A stretch of 64,000 bases of DNA, from NCBI GenBank assembly GCA_030532575.1, contig JAUNKV010000004.1:53243-117242 (forward strand), written 5' to 3'. This document shows, piece after piece, positions 33,576-42,143 of this stretch. This DNA comes from Propionibacteriaceae bacterium (GTDB lineage: Bacteria; Actinomycetota; Actinomycetes; Propionibacteriales; Propionibacteriaceae). The notes beneath the pieces were generated by a model. It was not told the DNA's origin, did no database searches, and was given only the letters and a program-made list of their open reading frames with translations. Within the stretch, counting starts at the first letter, position 1. Every line of letters begins with the position of its first letter. The position numbers and the translations under genes were made by a program.

Positions 33576-36500
33576 ATGTCGAATCCTGACTCCAACGAAG
33601 CATTCGGAGCCAACTCCTGGCTGATTGACGAGATGCGCGAGCGGTGGGAGAAGGACCCATCCTCGGTCGATGCATCCTGGCAGCGGTTCTTCGCGAGCGG
33701 CGCCACCGCTGCGAAGCAGCCCACCCCACAACCCGAGGCGCCCGTCGCCACCACTGCCCCACCGGCCCCGAAGGAACGGGGGTCCCGGCCGGAGAACAGC
33801 CAGCCCAGGGTCGAGTCGAAGGCCGCGGCCACCACCGAGACCCCGGCCTCCCCGGGAACCGGGGCGGGGTTGTCGGCCAACGCCCCCAACCCCTCGGTGC
33901 GCGATGAGGCCGCCGCCGTCGAGCCGAGACTCACGGTGCTGCGCGGTGCTCCCATGCGCACCGCCAAGAACATGGATGCCTCCCTGAGCGTCCCCACCGC
34001 CACCTCGGTGCGCTCGGTCCCGATGAAGCTCGTCATCGACCAGCGGATCCAGATCAACAACTTCCTGACCACCTCCAAGGGCGGCAAGGTCAGCTTCACC
34101 CACATCATCGCCTACGCGATGGTCAAGGCCCTGAAGTCCGTCCCGGCGATGAACAACGCCTACGACCTCATCGACGGCAAGCCGACGCTGATCGAGAACC
34201 CCGCGATCAACCTCGGGATCGCCATCGACCTGAAGAAACCCGATGGCACCAGGCAGCTCATGGTCCCCAACATCAAGGGCTGCGAGCGGCTGAACTTCGC
34301 CCAGTTCTGGTCCGACTACGAGAAGGTGGTGGCCAAGGCCCGCAAGGGTGAACTGACCGTCGCCGACTTCGCCGGGACCACAGCCACCATCACCAACCCG
34401 GGCGGCATCGGCACCAACCACTCGGTGCCACGCCTGATGAACGGCCAGGGGATGATCCTGGGGGTCGGCAACATCGACTACCCGGCCGAGTTCCAGGGCA
34501 CCTCGATCTCCCGCATCACCGATCTCGGCATCTCGAAGATCACCACCTTGACCTCCACCTACGACCACCGGGTCATCCAGGGCGCCCAGTCGGGAGAGTT
34601 CCTCAAGGTGATGCACGAACTGCTGCTCGGCGCTGACGGTTTCTACGACGAGATCTTCGAGGCCCTGCGCATCCCCTACGAGCCGCTTCGGTGGAGCCAG
34701 GACGTCTCCGCACACCGGGCGAGCCAGGTGAGCAAGCAGGGCCGGGTGCTGGAGCTCATCAACGCCTACCGCACGGTCGGGCACCTCGTGGCCGACACCG
34801 ATCCACTGGAGTACCGGCAGCGCGCCCACGAGGACCTGCGGCTGGAGACCCACGGCCTGTCCATCTGGGACCTGGACCGCGAGTTCGCCGTCGGTACCTT
34901 CGGGGCGCAGAAACGCTCCTACCTGACGCTGCGCGAGATCCTGCAGATCCTGCAGAACTCGTACTGTCGCACCGTCGCCTACGAGTACATGTACATCGCC
35001 GATCCCAGGCAGCGGGAGTGGTTCCAGGAGCGCATCGAGGTGCCCCGGCAGTCGCTCACCCACGAGGAGCACATGCACGCCCTCGACAAGCTCAACGAGG
35101 CCGAGGTCTTCGAGACCTTCCTGCAGACCAAGTTCGTCGGACAGAAGCGGTTCTCCCTGGAGGGCGGCGAGTCCGTGATCGTGTTGCTCGACGAGGTCTG
35201 CCAGCAGGCCGCCTCCGAGGGGCTGGACGAGGTCTGCATCGGGATGCCCCACCGTGGCCGACTCAACGTGCTCACCAACATCATCGGCAAGCACTACGGC
35301 CAGATCTTCCAGGAGTTCGACGGCACCATCGACGTCTCCGGCACCGGTGACGTGAAGTACCACCTGGGGGCCGAGGGCGAGTTCGTGGCCCACGACGGCT
35401 CGACCATCAAGACCTCCGTCGCGGCCAACCCATCCCACCTGGAGGCGGTCAACCCGGTGCTGGAGGGCATCACCCGGGCCAAGCAGGACATGCTGGGCGG
35501 CGATGACTTCGCAGTGCTTCCGGTGCTGCTGCACGGGGATGCGTCGTTCTCCGGACAGGGCGTGGTCTTCGAGACCCTCCAGATGAGCCAGCTACGCGGC
35601 TACAAGACCGGAGGCACCATCCACATCGTGGTGAACAACCAGGTCGGCTTCACCACCGCCCCCGTGGAGTCCCGTACCTCCACCTACTGCACCGATGTGG
35701 CCAAGGCCATCTCAGCCCCCGTCATGCACGTCAACGGTGACGATCCCGACTCGTGCATCCGGGCCGCCCGCATCGCCTTCGCCTACCGCGAGAAGTTCCA
35801 CAAGGATGTCGTGATCGACCTGGTGTGCTACCGCCGTCGTGGCCACAACGAGGGCGACGACCCGAGCTTCACCCAGCCGAAGATGTATGACCTCATCGAG
35901 CAGAAGCGTTCAGTGCGCAGGCTCTACACCGAGGCCCTGATCGGTCGTGGCGACATCTCCGTCACCGATGCCGAGAACGTGATGAATGCGTTCCGCAACC
36001 GCCTGGAGAACGTGTTCAAGGTGGTACGCGAGGCGAAGAGCTCGGGCAAGGTCTCCGAGGACTACACCCGGGTCCCCTACTACCCCACCAAGCCGGAGCG
36101 CCGTCTCACCGAGATCACCCCGGAGATGATGCGCCGCATCAGCGAGGTCCACACCCGACTGCCCGAGGGTTTCACCCCACATCCGAAGGTGATGCCCCAG
36201 CTGGAGCGCCGCGCCGAGCAGATCCTCGAGGGACCCATCGACTGGGCCACCGCCGAGCTGCTGGCCATCGGCTCCCTGCTCATGGAGGGACGCCCGGTGC
36301 GACTGACCGGCCAGGACTCACGACGCGGTACCTTCTCGCAGCGTTTCGCTGCGATCGTCGACCGGGTCACCAACGAGGCCTGGGTACCGCTGAAGCACCT
36401 CAGCGACGACCAGGGCACCTTCGATGTGTTCGACTCGCTGCTCAGCGAGTACGCCGTCCTAGGCTTCGAGTACGGCTACTCGGTGGCCCGCCCCGACGCC

Positions 36501-37280
36501 CTGGTGCTGTGGGAGGCGCAGTTCGGCGACTTCGCCAACGGCGCCCAGACCATCGCGGACGAGTTCGTCGCCTCGGGTGAGGCCAAGTGGTCGCAGAAGT
36601 CCGGGGTCGTGCTGCTGCTGCCGCACGGCTTCGAGGGGCAGGGACCGGACCACAGCTCGGCGCGCATCGAGCGCTGGCTCCAGCTGTGCGCCGAGAACGC
36701 CCTGGCGGTCTGCCAGCCCTCGACGGCGGCCAGCTACTTCCACCTGCTGCGTCAGCACGCCTACGTCAACTGGCACCGTCCCGTGGTCATCGCCACCCCG
36801 AAGTCGATGCTGCGTGCCAAGGCCGCCGCTTCGATGCCGGATGACTTCACCTCCGGCAAGTGGGAACCGGTGCTGGACGATCCCACCATCACCGATCCGT
36901 CCCGGGTGGAGCGGCTGCTGGTCTGCTCCGGCAAGATCCGCTGGGAGCTGGTGGCCAGGCGGGAGCAGTTGGGCCTGGACGGCAGGGTGGCCATCGTCGC
37001 CCTGGAGCGGCTCTATCCGCTGCCGGGCGCAGAGATGGCCAAGGTGTTGGCACGCTACCGCCACGTCACCGACATCCGTTTCGTGCAGGATGAACCGGCC
37101 AACCAGGGACCATGGCCGTTCATCTCGGTCCACCTGCCCAACGCCGTCGCCCAGCACTCCGATCTGAGGCTGACCATGCGTCGGATCGCCCGGCCGTGGT
37201 CGTCGGCCCCGTCGGTCGGCTCCCTCAAGGTCCACCAACAGCAGAGCGAGGCCCTCTTGACGGCCGCCTTCGAGGAGTGA
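33576..37280 (+). CDS. kgd: Multifunctional 2-oxoglutarate dehydrogenase E1 with fused N-terminal E2 catalytic domain (Kgd/OdhA type)
   Basis: N-terminal 2-oxoacid acyltransferase catalytic core ('DHRVIQGAQSGEF') followed by a TPP-dependent E1 ('GDASFSGQG'). 1234 aa. ATG at 33576. The 1668-aa table ORF is an in-frame run-on from upstream. Confidence 0.9.
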   Translation: MSNPDSNEAFGANSWLIDEMRERWEKDPSSVDASWQRFFASGATAAKQPTPQPEAPVATTAPPAPKERGSRPENSQPRVESKAAATTETPASPGTGAGLSANAPNPSVRDEAAAVEPRLTVLRGAPMRTAKNMDASLSVPTATSVRSVPMKLVIDQRIQINNFLTTSKGGKVSFTHIIAYAMVKALKSVPAMNNAYDLIDGKPTLIENPAINLGIAIDLKKPDGTRQLMVPNIKGCERLNFAQFWSDYEKVVAKARKGELTVADFAGTTATITNPGGIGTNHSVPRLMNGQGMILGVGNIDYPAEFQGTSISRITDLGISKITTLTSTYDHRVIQGAQSGEFLKVMHELLLGADGFYDEIFEALRIPYEPLRWSQDVSAHRASQVSKQGRVLELINAYRTVGHLVADTDPLEYRQRAHEDLRLETHGLSIWDLDREFAVGTFGAQKRSYLTLREILQILQNSYCRTVAYEYMYIADPRQREWFQERIEVPRQSLTHEEHMHALDKLNEAEVFETFLQTKFVGQKRFSLEGGESVIVLLDEVCQQAASEGLDEVCIGMPHRGRLNVLTNIIGKHYGQIFQEFDGTIDVSGTGDVKYHLGAEGEFVAHDGSTIKTSVAANPSHLEAVNPVLEGITRAKQDMLGGDDFAVLPVLLHGDASFSGQGVVFETLQMSQLRGYKTGGTIHIVVNNQVGFTTAPVESRTSTYCTDVAKAISAPVMHVNGDDPDSCIRAARIAFAYREKFHKDVVIDLVCYRRRGHNEGDDPSFTQPKMYDLIEQKRSVRRLYTEALIGRGDISVTDAENVMNAFRNRLENVFKVVREAKSSGKVSEDYTRVPYYPTKPERRLTEITPEMMRRISEVHTRLPEGFTPHPKVMPQLERRAEQILEGPIDWATAELLAIGSLLMEGRPVRLTGQDSRRGTFSQRFAAIVDRVTNEAWVPLKHLSDDQGTFDVFDSLLSEYAVLGFEYGYSVARPDALVLWEAQFGDFANGAQTIADEFVASGEAKWSQKSGVVLLLPHGFEGQGPDHSSARIERWLQLCAENALAVCQPSTAASYFHLLRQHAYVNWHRPVVIATPKSMLRAKAAASMPDDFTSGKWEPVLDDPTITDPSRVERLLVCSGKIRWELVARREQLGLDGRVAIVALERLYPLPGAEMAKVLARYRHVTDIRFVQDEPANQGPWPFISVHLPNAVAQHSDLRLTMRRIARPWSSAPSVGSLKVHQQQSEALLTAAFEE

Positions 37281-37281
37281 G

Positions 37282-37458
37282 ATGTACTACACCGACCGTG
37301 GCCTGGAAGAACTGGCGGCCCGTCGTGGCGAGGAGGAGATCTCCTTCGAGTGGCTGGCCGATCAGTTGCGCATCTTCACGGACCTGAACCCGGAGTTCGA
37401 GACCGCCGTGGACCGGCTGGCGTCGTGGCTGGCCCGACTGGACGACGAGGAGGAGTGA
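37282..37458 (+). CDS. Small acidic hypothetical protein (58 aa) translationally coupled between kgd and galK
   Basis: ATG 2 nt after the kgd stop and a stop overlapping the galK ATG (TGATG). Falls below the ORF-track size cutoff. Confidence 0.4.
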   Translation: MYYTDRGLEELAARRGEEEISFEWLADQLRIFTDLNPEFETAVDRLASWLARLDDEEE

Positions 37459-38591
37459 TGAGCGATCTCGCCGCGAGGTTCACCACGCTGATCGGGCAGG
37501 AGCCCGAGGGCATCTGGTTCGCCCCCGGCAGGGTCAACCTCATCGGGGAGCACACCGACTACAACGACGGCTTCGTCCTGCCCTTCGCCCTGCGGCAACG
37601 CGCCCGGGTGGCGGCGGCCCGGCGGGATGACGGCATGGTGGTCATGCACGCCCTTGATCTGGACGACTCCGTGACCCTGCCGCTGGCCGAGTTGAGCCCG
37701 GGCAGCGGCGGCTGGGCGGCCTACCTGGCCGGGGTGGTGTGGGTGCTCAGGGAAGCGGGACACCCGGTGGGGCCGGTGTCGCTGGTGCTGACCTCCGATG
37801 TCCCCCACGGGGCCGGGCTGTCCAGCTCCGCGGCCATCGAGTGCGCCACCATGACCGCGCTGTGTGATCTGTTCGAGCTGGACATCGCCCCGATGGAGCG
37901 GGCCAAGCTGTGTCAGCGGGCCGAGAACGTCTACGTCGGGGCACCGACGGGTCTGCTGGACCAGGCGGCCTCGACGCTGTGCACCAAGGATGCAGGAATG
38001 TTCCTGGACTGCCGGAGCCTGGAGGCCACGGCGGTGCCGCTTCCTCTGGCTGCCCACGGCATCGAGATCCTGGTCCTGGACACCCGCACCCCCCACAGCC
38101 ATGTTGACGGAGAGTACGGGGAACGCCGTGCGACCTGCGAGGAGGCCGCCTCCCTGCTGGGGGTTTCCGCCCTGCGTGACGTCGATGACCTGGACCGGGC
38201 ACTGGCCGCACTGCCGGACGAAAGAATGCGCAAACGTGTCCGCCATGTGGTCAGTGAAAATGCGCGAACTGTGGCTGCCCTCACCGCTGCCCGGGAGGGG
38301 CGCTTCGACGAGTTCCCGGCGCTGCTGGACGCCTCCCACACCTCCATGCGTGACGACTACGAGATCACGGTGCCCACCGTCGATCTCGCGGTGGAGACCG
38401 CACGTGCCGCGGGTGCGCTTGGCGCCCGGATGACGGGGGGTGGATTCGGTGGCTGCATCATCGCGTGGTGCCGTGGCGGTGAGGGAGCAGGGATCGCCCG
38501 GGCCATCACCGAGGCCTTCAACCGAGCCGGATTCGATGGCCCCACGTGGTTCATCGCCAGCCCCGAGGCCGGAGCCGGTCGACTCCAGTAG
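37458..38591 (+). CDS. galK: Galactokinase
   Basis: 'GRVNLIGEHTDYNDGFVLP' galactokinase signature and GHMP motif 'PHGAGLSSSAA'. ATG at 37458. Confidence 0.9.
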   Translation: MSDLAARFTTLIGQEPEGIWFAPGRVNLIGEHTDYNDGFVLPFALRQRARVAAARRDDGMVVMHALDLDDSVTLPLAELSPGSGGWAAYLAGVVWVLREAGHPVGPVSLVLTSDVPHGAGLSSSAAIECATMTALCDLFELDIAPMERAKLCQRAENVYVGAPTGLLDQAASTLCTKDAGMFLDCRSLEATAVPLPLAAHGIEILVLDTRTPHSHVDGEYGERRATCEEAASLLGVSALRDVDDLDRALAALPDERMRKRVRHVVSENARTVAALTAAREGRFDEFPALLDASHTSMRDDYEITVPTVDLAVETARAAGALGARMTGGGFGGCIIAWCRGGEGAGIARAITEAFNRAGFDGPTWFIASPEAGAGRLQ

Positions 38592-38696
38592 AAATATCGC
38601 GAAACCGCCCCCTGCACGAAGGGGGTTGTCTATCGTGTCCCTGAGGGGTAAGGTTCATCCGCTCGCGAATTGATGACAGATGGAGGGGCTCGACCA

Positions 38697-38948
38697 ATGG
38701 ATTGGCGGCACAGGGCAGCTTGTTTGACGGAGGATCCGGAATTGTTCTTCCCCGTCGGCAACACCGGCCCTGCCCTTCAGCAGATCGAGGATGCGAAACG
38801 GATCTGCCAGCGCTGCGAGGTCAAGGACCAGTGCCTGGCCTGGGCGCTCGAGGCCGGGCAGGACCACGGGGTGTGGGGCGGGATGAGCGAGGACGAGAGG
38901 CGCGCCATCAAGCGCCGTCAGGCCCGTTCCCGCGTACGGGCCAGTTGA
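38697..38948 (+). CDS. whiB: WhiB-family Fe-S transcriptional regulator (WhiB1-like by position next to pdtaS)
   Basis: Cys pattern C..(dpelffp)..CQRCEVKDQC plus the 'GVWGG' turn and a basic tail. GGAGGGG RBS before ATG 38697. Confidence 0.85.
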   Translation: MDWRHRAACLTEDPELFFPVGNTGPALQQIEDAKRICQRCEVKDQCLAWALEAGQDHGVWGGMSEDERRAIKRRQARSRVRAS

Positions 38949-38949
38949 G

Positions 38950-40401
38950 TCACACCTCCGCGGGCAGCACCAGGCGCGCCCTGGTCCCCACTCCCGACTC
39001 CACCGACTCGATCTCCAGGGTGCCACCCAGGTCCCCCACCAGCGTGGAGATGATGGCCAGCCCCAGACTTTTCTGGTTGCCGAGCTGAAAATCCTCCGGC
39101 AGACCCACACCGTCGTCGATCACATCGACGAAGAGGTGCTGGTCGTCGCGGTGCGGATGAACCACGAGCCGACCCGACCCGCTGTTCAAACCGTGCTCGA
39201 TGGCGTTCTGGCACAGCTCCGTGATGATCATGCCCAACGAGGTGGCTGCCTCGGCACGCACTTCCCCGAAGGTGCCCTCTCGGCTGGCCTCGACGGTACC
39301 GTTGGTGGCGGCGAGGTCACCCACCATCTGCAGGATGCGGTCACACACCGCATCGAAGGCGATGTCATCGGTGATGCTGTGACTCAGCGTGTCGTGCACC
39401 AACGCAATGGACGAAACCCGACGCATCGCATCGGTCAGGGCCTCACGCCCCTCCTCCGAGCCCAGCCGCCTGGACTGCATCCGGAGCAGGGCGGCGACGG
39501 TCTGCAGGTTGTTCTTGACCCGATGGTGGATCTCCCGGATGGTGGCGTCCTTGGTGACCAGCATCCGGTCCCTGGAGCGAAGGTCAGTGGTGTCGCGGCA
39601 CAGCACCAGCGATCCCCGACGTTCGCTCTGCACCACCAGGGGCAGCACCACAAGCCGCATCGAGGCCCTGGGCTGCTCCACGTCGAACACGACGCTGCGC
39701 TGCTCCGCCAGGTCGGACTGGACCGTCTGCCCCACCGATTCCACATTCTTCATCACGCTGCGGATCAGCACCGGGAAGTCCTCGTCCGCGACATCGCCGA
39801 GCGCACCGAGCCGCCTGAAGGCGGTGATCGCGTTGGGCGAGGCGTAGCTGATCCGGCCGCTCGGCTGCACCCGGAGCACACCGTCGCACACCCGGGGGGC
39901 CAACGCCTTGTCACTGACCGGGGCCAGTGGGAAGCGTCCCTCGAGGATCATCGAGGTGAGCATGTCGGCAGCCTCCAGGTAGTTCTCCTCCAGCGCCCCG
40001 TTCGCCCGCATCCCCATCTGGTTGGTGTGCCGCTCCAGCACCGCGATGCATCGGCCCCGCCGGATGATCGGCACCGCCCACACATCGACCGGAATCCCGG
40101 CCGAGAGGGCGTTGTCGCTGGTCTCGCAGATCTCGTGGCTGAGAAAGGCCACCAGCACCTGGTGCTCCAGCTCGTAGGAGATGCGCTCCCCGATGACATC
40201 ATCCTCCAGTGCCGTCGGTCCGGTGACGGGGCGGATCTGGGCCACGCAGGTGAACTCCTGGCAGTCCTCGGAGTCGTCATCGGGCACCCACAGCAGCAGG
40301 TCGGAGAAGGAGAGATCGCTCAGCAGGTGCCACTGGCCCTGGAAGGCGAGAAGCCACTCGGCATCTGTCAACTGATCGACGGCGGACATCACCATGGGCA
40401 T
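38950..40401 (-). CDS. pdtaS: Cytoplasmic sensor histidine kinase, PdtaS-like (GAF-PAS-HisKA_2-HATPase)
   Basis: 'IHHRVKNNLQTVAALL' H-box and 'GVGLP' G-box with no TM segments. Synteny with whiB1 as in M. tuberculosis Rv3219/Rv3220c. Confidence 0.8.
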   Translation of the reverse strand: MPMVMSAVDQLTDAEWLLAFQGQWHLLSDLSFSDLLLWVPDDDSEDCQEFTCVAQIRPVTGPTALEDDVIGERISYELEHQVLVAFLSHEICETSDNALSAGIPVDVWAVPIIRRGRCIAVLERHTNQMGMRANGALEENYLEAADMLTSMILEGRFPLAPVSDKALAPRVCDGVLRVQPSGRISYASPNAITAFRRLGALGDVADEDFPVLIRSVMKNVESVGQTVQSDLAEQRSVVFDVEQPRASMRLVVLPLVVQSERRGSLVLCRDTTDLRSRDRMLVTKDATIREIHHRVKNNLQTVAALLRMQSRRLGSEEGREALTDAMRRVSSIALVHDTLSHSITDDIAFDAVCDRILQMVGDLAATNGTVEASREGTFGEVRAEAATSLGMIITELCQNAIEHGLNSGSGRLVVHPHRDDQHLFVDVIDDGVGLPEDFQLGNQKSLGLAIISTLVGDLGGTLEIESVESGVGTRARLVLPAEV

Positions 40402-40481
40402 ACTCTGCCATCACGGGAGCTGGTGGCGCCACGAGGGTTCTGGCACAATGGGCCGTCGCATCGCAAGAGAAGGAGACCCTG

Positions 40482-40556
40482 ATGGGCAAGACCGGTCGCA
40501 AGCGTCGCGCTCGCCGCAAGAACAAGGCCAACCACGGCAAGCGTCCCAACGCCTGA
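40482..40556 (+). CDS. 24-aa Arg/Lys-rich peptide, candidate ribosomal protein bL37-like micro-ORF
   Basis: 'MGKTGRKRRARRKNKANHGKRPNA'. Strong AAGGAGA RBS 7 nt upstream and a GC-rich hairpin terminator directly downstream. Not in the ORF track because it is shorter than 60 aa. Confidence 0.55.
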   Translation: MGKTGRKRRARRKNKANHGKRPNA

Positions 40557-40562
40557 ACGCCA

Positions 40563-40595
40563 GGACGCCCCCGCCCTGACCGGGCGGGGGCGTCC
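40563..40595. terminator. GC-rich stem-loop terminator (14-bp stem) after the micro-ORF; convergent with rshA
   Basis: 'ggacgcccccgccc' - tgacc - 'gggcgggggcgtcc' followed by a T-containing tract 'ttcgtcttcgg'. Confidence 0.55.
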
Positions 40596-40612
40596 TTCGT
40601 CTTCGGCGATCC

Positions 40613-40879
40613 TCACTGGCCGAGGCAGAAGGCCGTGAGTCGATGCCTCAGCTCGGCCGGGGCCCGGGTGGCGGGTTGGCTGCGCTGGATCATCACCGTG
40701 ATGGTCTGCTCGATCTCGAAGCTCTCCATGCAGCGTTCACAGGCATGCAGGTGATGGCGCACCAGGTCGGCCTCGGACTCGGGGAGTTCGCCGTGCAGGA
40801 AGGCGTGCACCGCTTCCAGGGCGCGCACGCACTCGTCCATCTCGTCGTGGTCATGACTCCACATGGCGGGGTCGCTCAT
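40613..40879 (-). CDS. rshA: Anti-sigma factor RshA/RsrA (ZAS family, redox-sensing)
   Basis: 'HLHACERC' is the HxxxCxxC ZAS motif plus additional Cys. Start overlaps the sigH stop (ATGA). The long N-terminal extension in the ORF track was rejected. Confidence 0.8.
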   Translation of the reverse strand: MSDPAMWSHDHDEMDECVRALEAVHAFLHGELPESEADLVRHHLHACERCMESFEIEQTITVMIQRSQPATRAPAELRHRLTAFCLGQ

Positions 40880-41529
40880 CGGGACCTCCCGATGCCGCGC
40901 TGTGCCGCGTACTCCGCCAGTGCGGTGCGCAGCTGGGAACGTCCCCGGTTGAGCCGGGACATCACCGTACCGACGGGGGTGTCCATGATGGCCGCGATCT
41001 CCTTGTAGCTGAATCCCTCGACGTCGGCGAGGTAGACCGCCAGACGGTAGTTCTCCGGCAGCGCCGCCATCGCATCGGCGACGGCCTGGTCCGGGGTGTT
41101 GTCGAGTGCCTCCATCTCGGCGGAGCGCAGCCCCTGCGAGTCGTGGGAGGCGGCCTTTGCCAACTGCCAGTCGGTGACCTCCTCGTCCCCGCTGAGTTTC
41201 GGGGAACGCTCGGCCTTGCGCCATGTGCTGATGTGGGCGTTGGTGAGGATCCGGTAGAGCCAGGCCTTCATGTTGGTGCCGTCCTTGAACGACTCCCTAC
41301 CTTTGAGCGCCTTGGCGTAGGTCTCCTGCACCAGGTCCTCGGCATCGGCTGGGTTTCCGGTCATCCTGAGGGCAGCGGAATAGAGGCGGTCGAGGTGGCT
41401 GAGCGCCTCCTGCTCGAACGCCAGGCCCAGTTCGGCTGCGTCGATCTCCACTGAAGAATCCATCGGGGAAGAAACTACCGCCTCCGGGGTTCTGGCTGTG
41501 CGAGCGTCCAGCATCAGGGTTGCGGTCAT
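40876..41529 (-). CDS. sigH: ECF sigma factor SigH/SigR
   Basis: Region 2 '[11 protein letters not shown]...WLYRILTN' and region 4 '[25 protein letters not shown]'. Start 41529 is supported by a SigH-type promoter immediately upstream. An alternative ATG at 41463 exists. Confidence 0.85.
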   Translation of the reverse strand: MTATLMLDARTARTPEAVVSSPMDSSVEIDAAELGLAFEQEALSHLDRLYSAALRMTGNPADAEDLVQETYAKALKGRESFKDGTNMKAWLYRILTNAHISTWRKAERSPKLSGDEEVTDWQLAKAASHDSQGLRSAEMEALDNTPDQAVADAMAALPENYRLAVYLADVEGFSYKEIAAIMDTPVGTVMSRLNRGRSQLRTALAEYAAQRGIGRSR

Positions 41530-41538
41530 GCCCCTGAC

Positions 41539-41564
41539 AACGCTGTCGGCGCTCCGTCTATTCC
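41539..41564 (-). promoter_or_regulatory. SigH/SigR-type autoregulatory promoter (GGAAT-N18-GTT) directly upstream of sigH
   Basis: Minus-strand 'GGAATagacggagcgccgacagcGTT' with exact 18-nt spacing. The -10 lies about 10 nt before the sigH ATG, implying a leaderless or near-leaderless mRNA. Confidence 0.5.
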
Positions 41565-41615
41565 GGCCGTGTCGCGGCACGATTTGCGAGGTGTTCGCGA
41601 CGAACGGCCCGGAGT

Positions 41616-42143
41616 GTGGGTATGTTTGGTGGCATGAGTCCGTTGCGCTTCCTCGCCCGTAGCCTCTTCGCGAGTGCCTTCATCGCCGATGGCGTCCACA
41701 AGGTCACCCAGACCAACGATGTGGCCCCGGAGGCCGAGAAGTTCACCTCCAGCGTCGCCCCCGTCATCCAGCGGGTGCTGCCCGCCAAGTACTCCTCCTA
41801 CGTGCCCGAGCTTCCCGAGACCTGGGTCAGGATCTGTGGGGTCGCGGAGATCGCAGGCGGCGTCATGTTCGCCACCGGGATCGGTCGTCGTGCAGGTGCC
41901 GTGCTGCTCACCAAGGCCGGGATCATGAACGTCTTCATGGCGCTGCCCGGGAAGGACACCCCCAAGGCGGATCGGGTCCACCAGCGGCCGGACCTGCTGC
42001 GCCGCCTGGCTCTGGTGGGGGCCGCCGTGCTCGCCACGAGGGACCTCCAGGGGCAGCCCAGCCTGAAGTGGCGCCGCAAGCATGCCGCACGCAAGGTCGC
42101 CAAGGCCAGCGCCCGGGTCAAGAAGCAGGTGATGTCGTCCTGA
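41616..42143 (+). CDS. DoxX-family membrane protein
   Basis: Four-TM small protein with a DoxX-like profile. Confidence 0.65.
   Translation: MGMFGGMSPLRFLARSLFASAFIADGVHKVTQTNDVAPEAEKFTSSVAPVIQRVLPAKYSSYVPELPETWVRICGVAEIAGGVMFATGIGRRAGAVLLTKAGIMNVFMALPGKDTPKADRVHQRPDLLRRLALVGAAVLATRDLQGQPSLKWRRKHAARKVAKASARVKKQVMSS

Noticed and set aside
33558-35534. 658-aa minus-strand ORF
   Set aside because: Antisense to kgd.
32274-37280. 1668-aa ORF
   Set aside because: It is an in-frame run-on from inside the GT87 gene, and partly antisense, into kgd. The real kgd starts at ATG 33576, where the E2-like N-terminus begins and an RBS-like 'aagggga' precedes it.
40880-41224. N-terminal 115-aa extension of the rshA ORF
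   Set aside because: It overlaps the sigH coding region in another frame. The ZAS domain begins at the ATG (40879) that overlaps the sigH stop.
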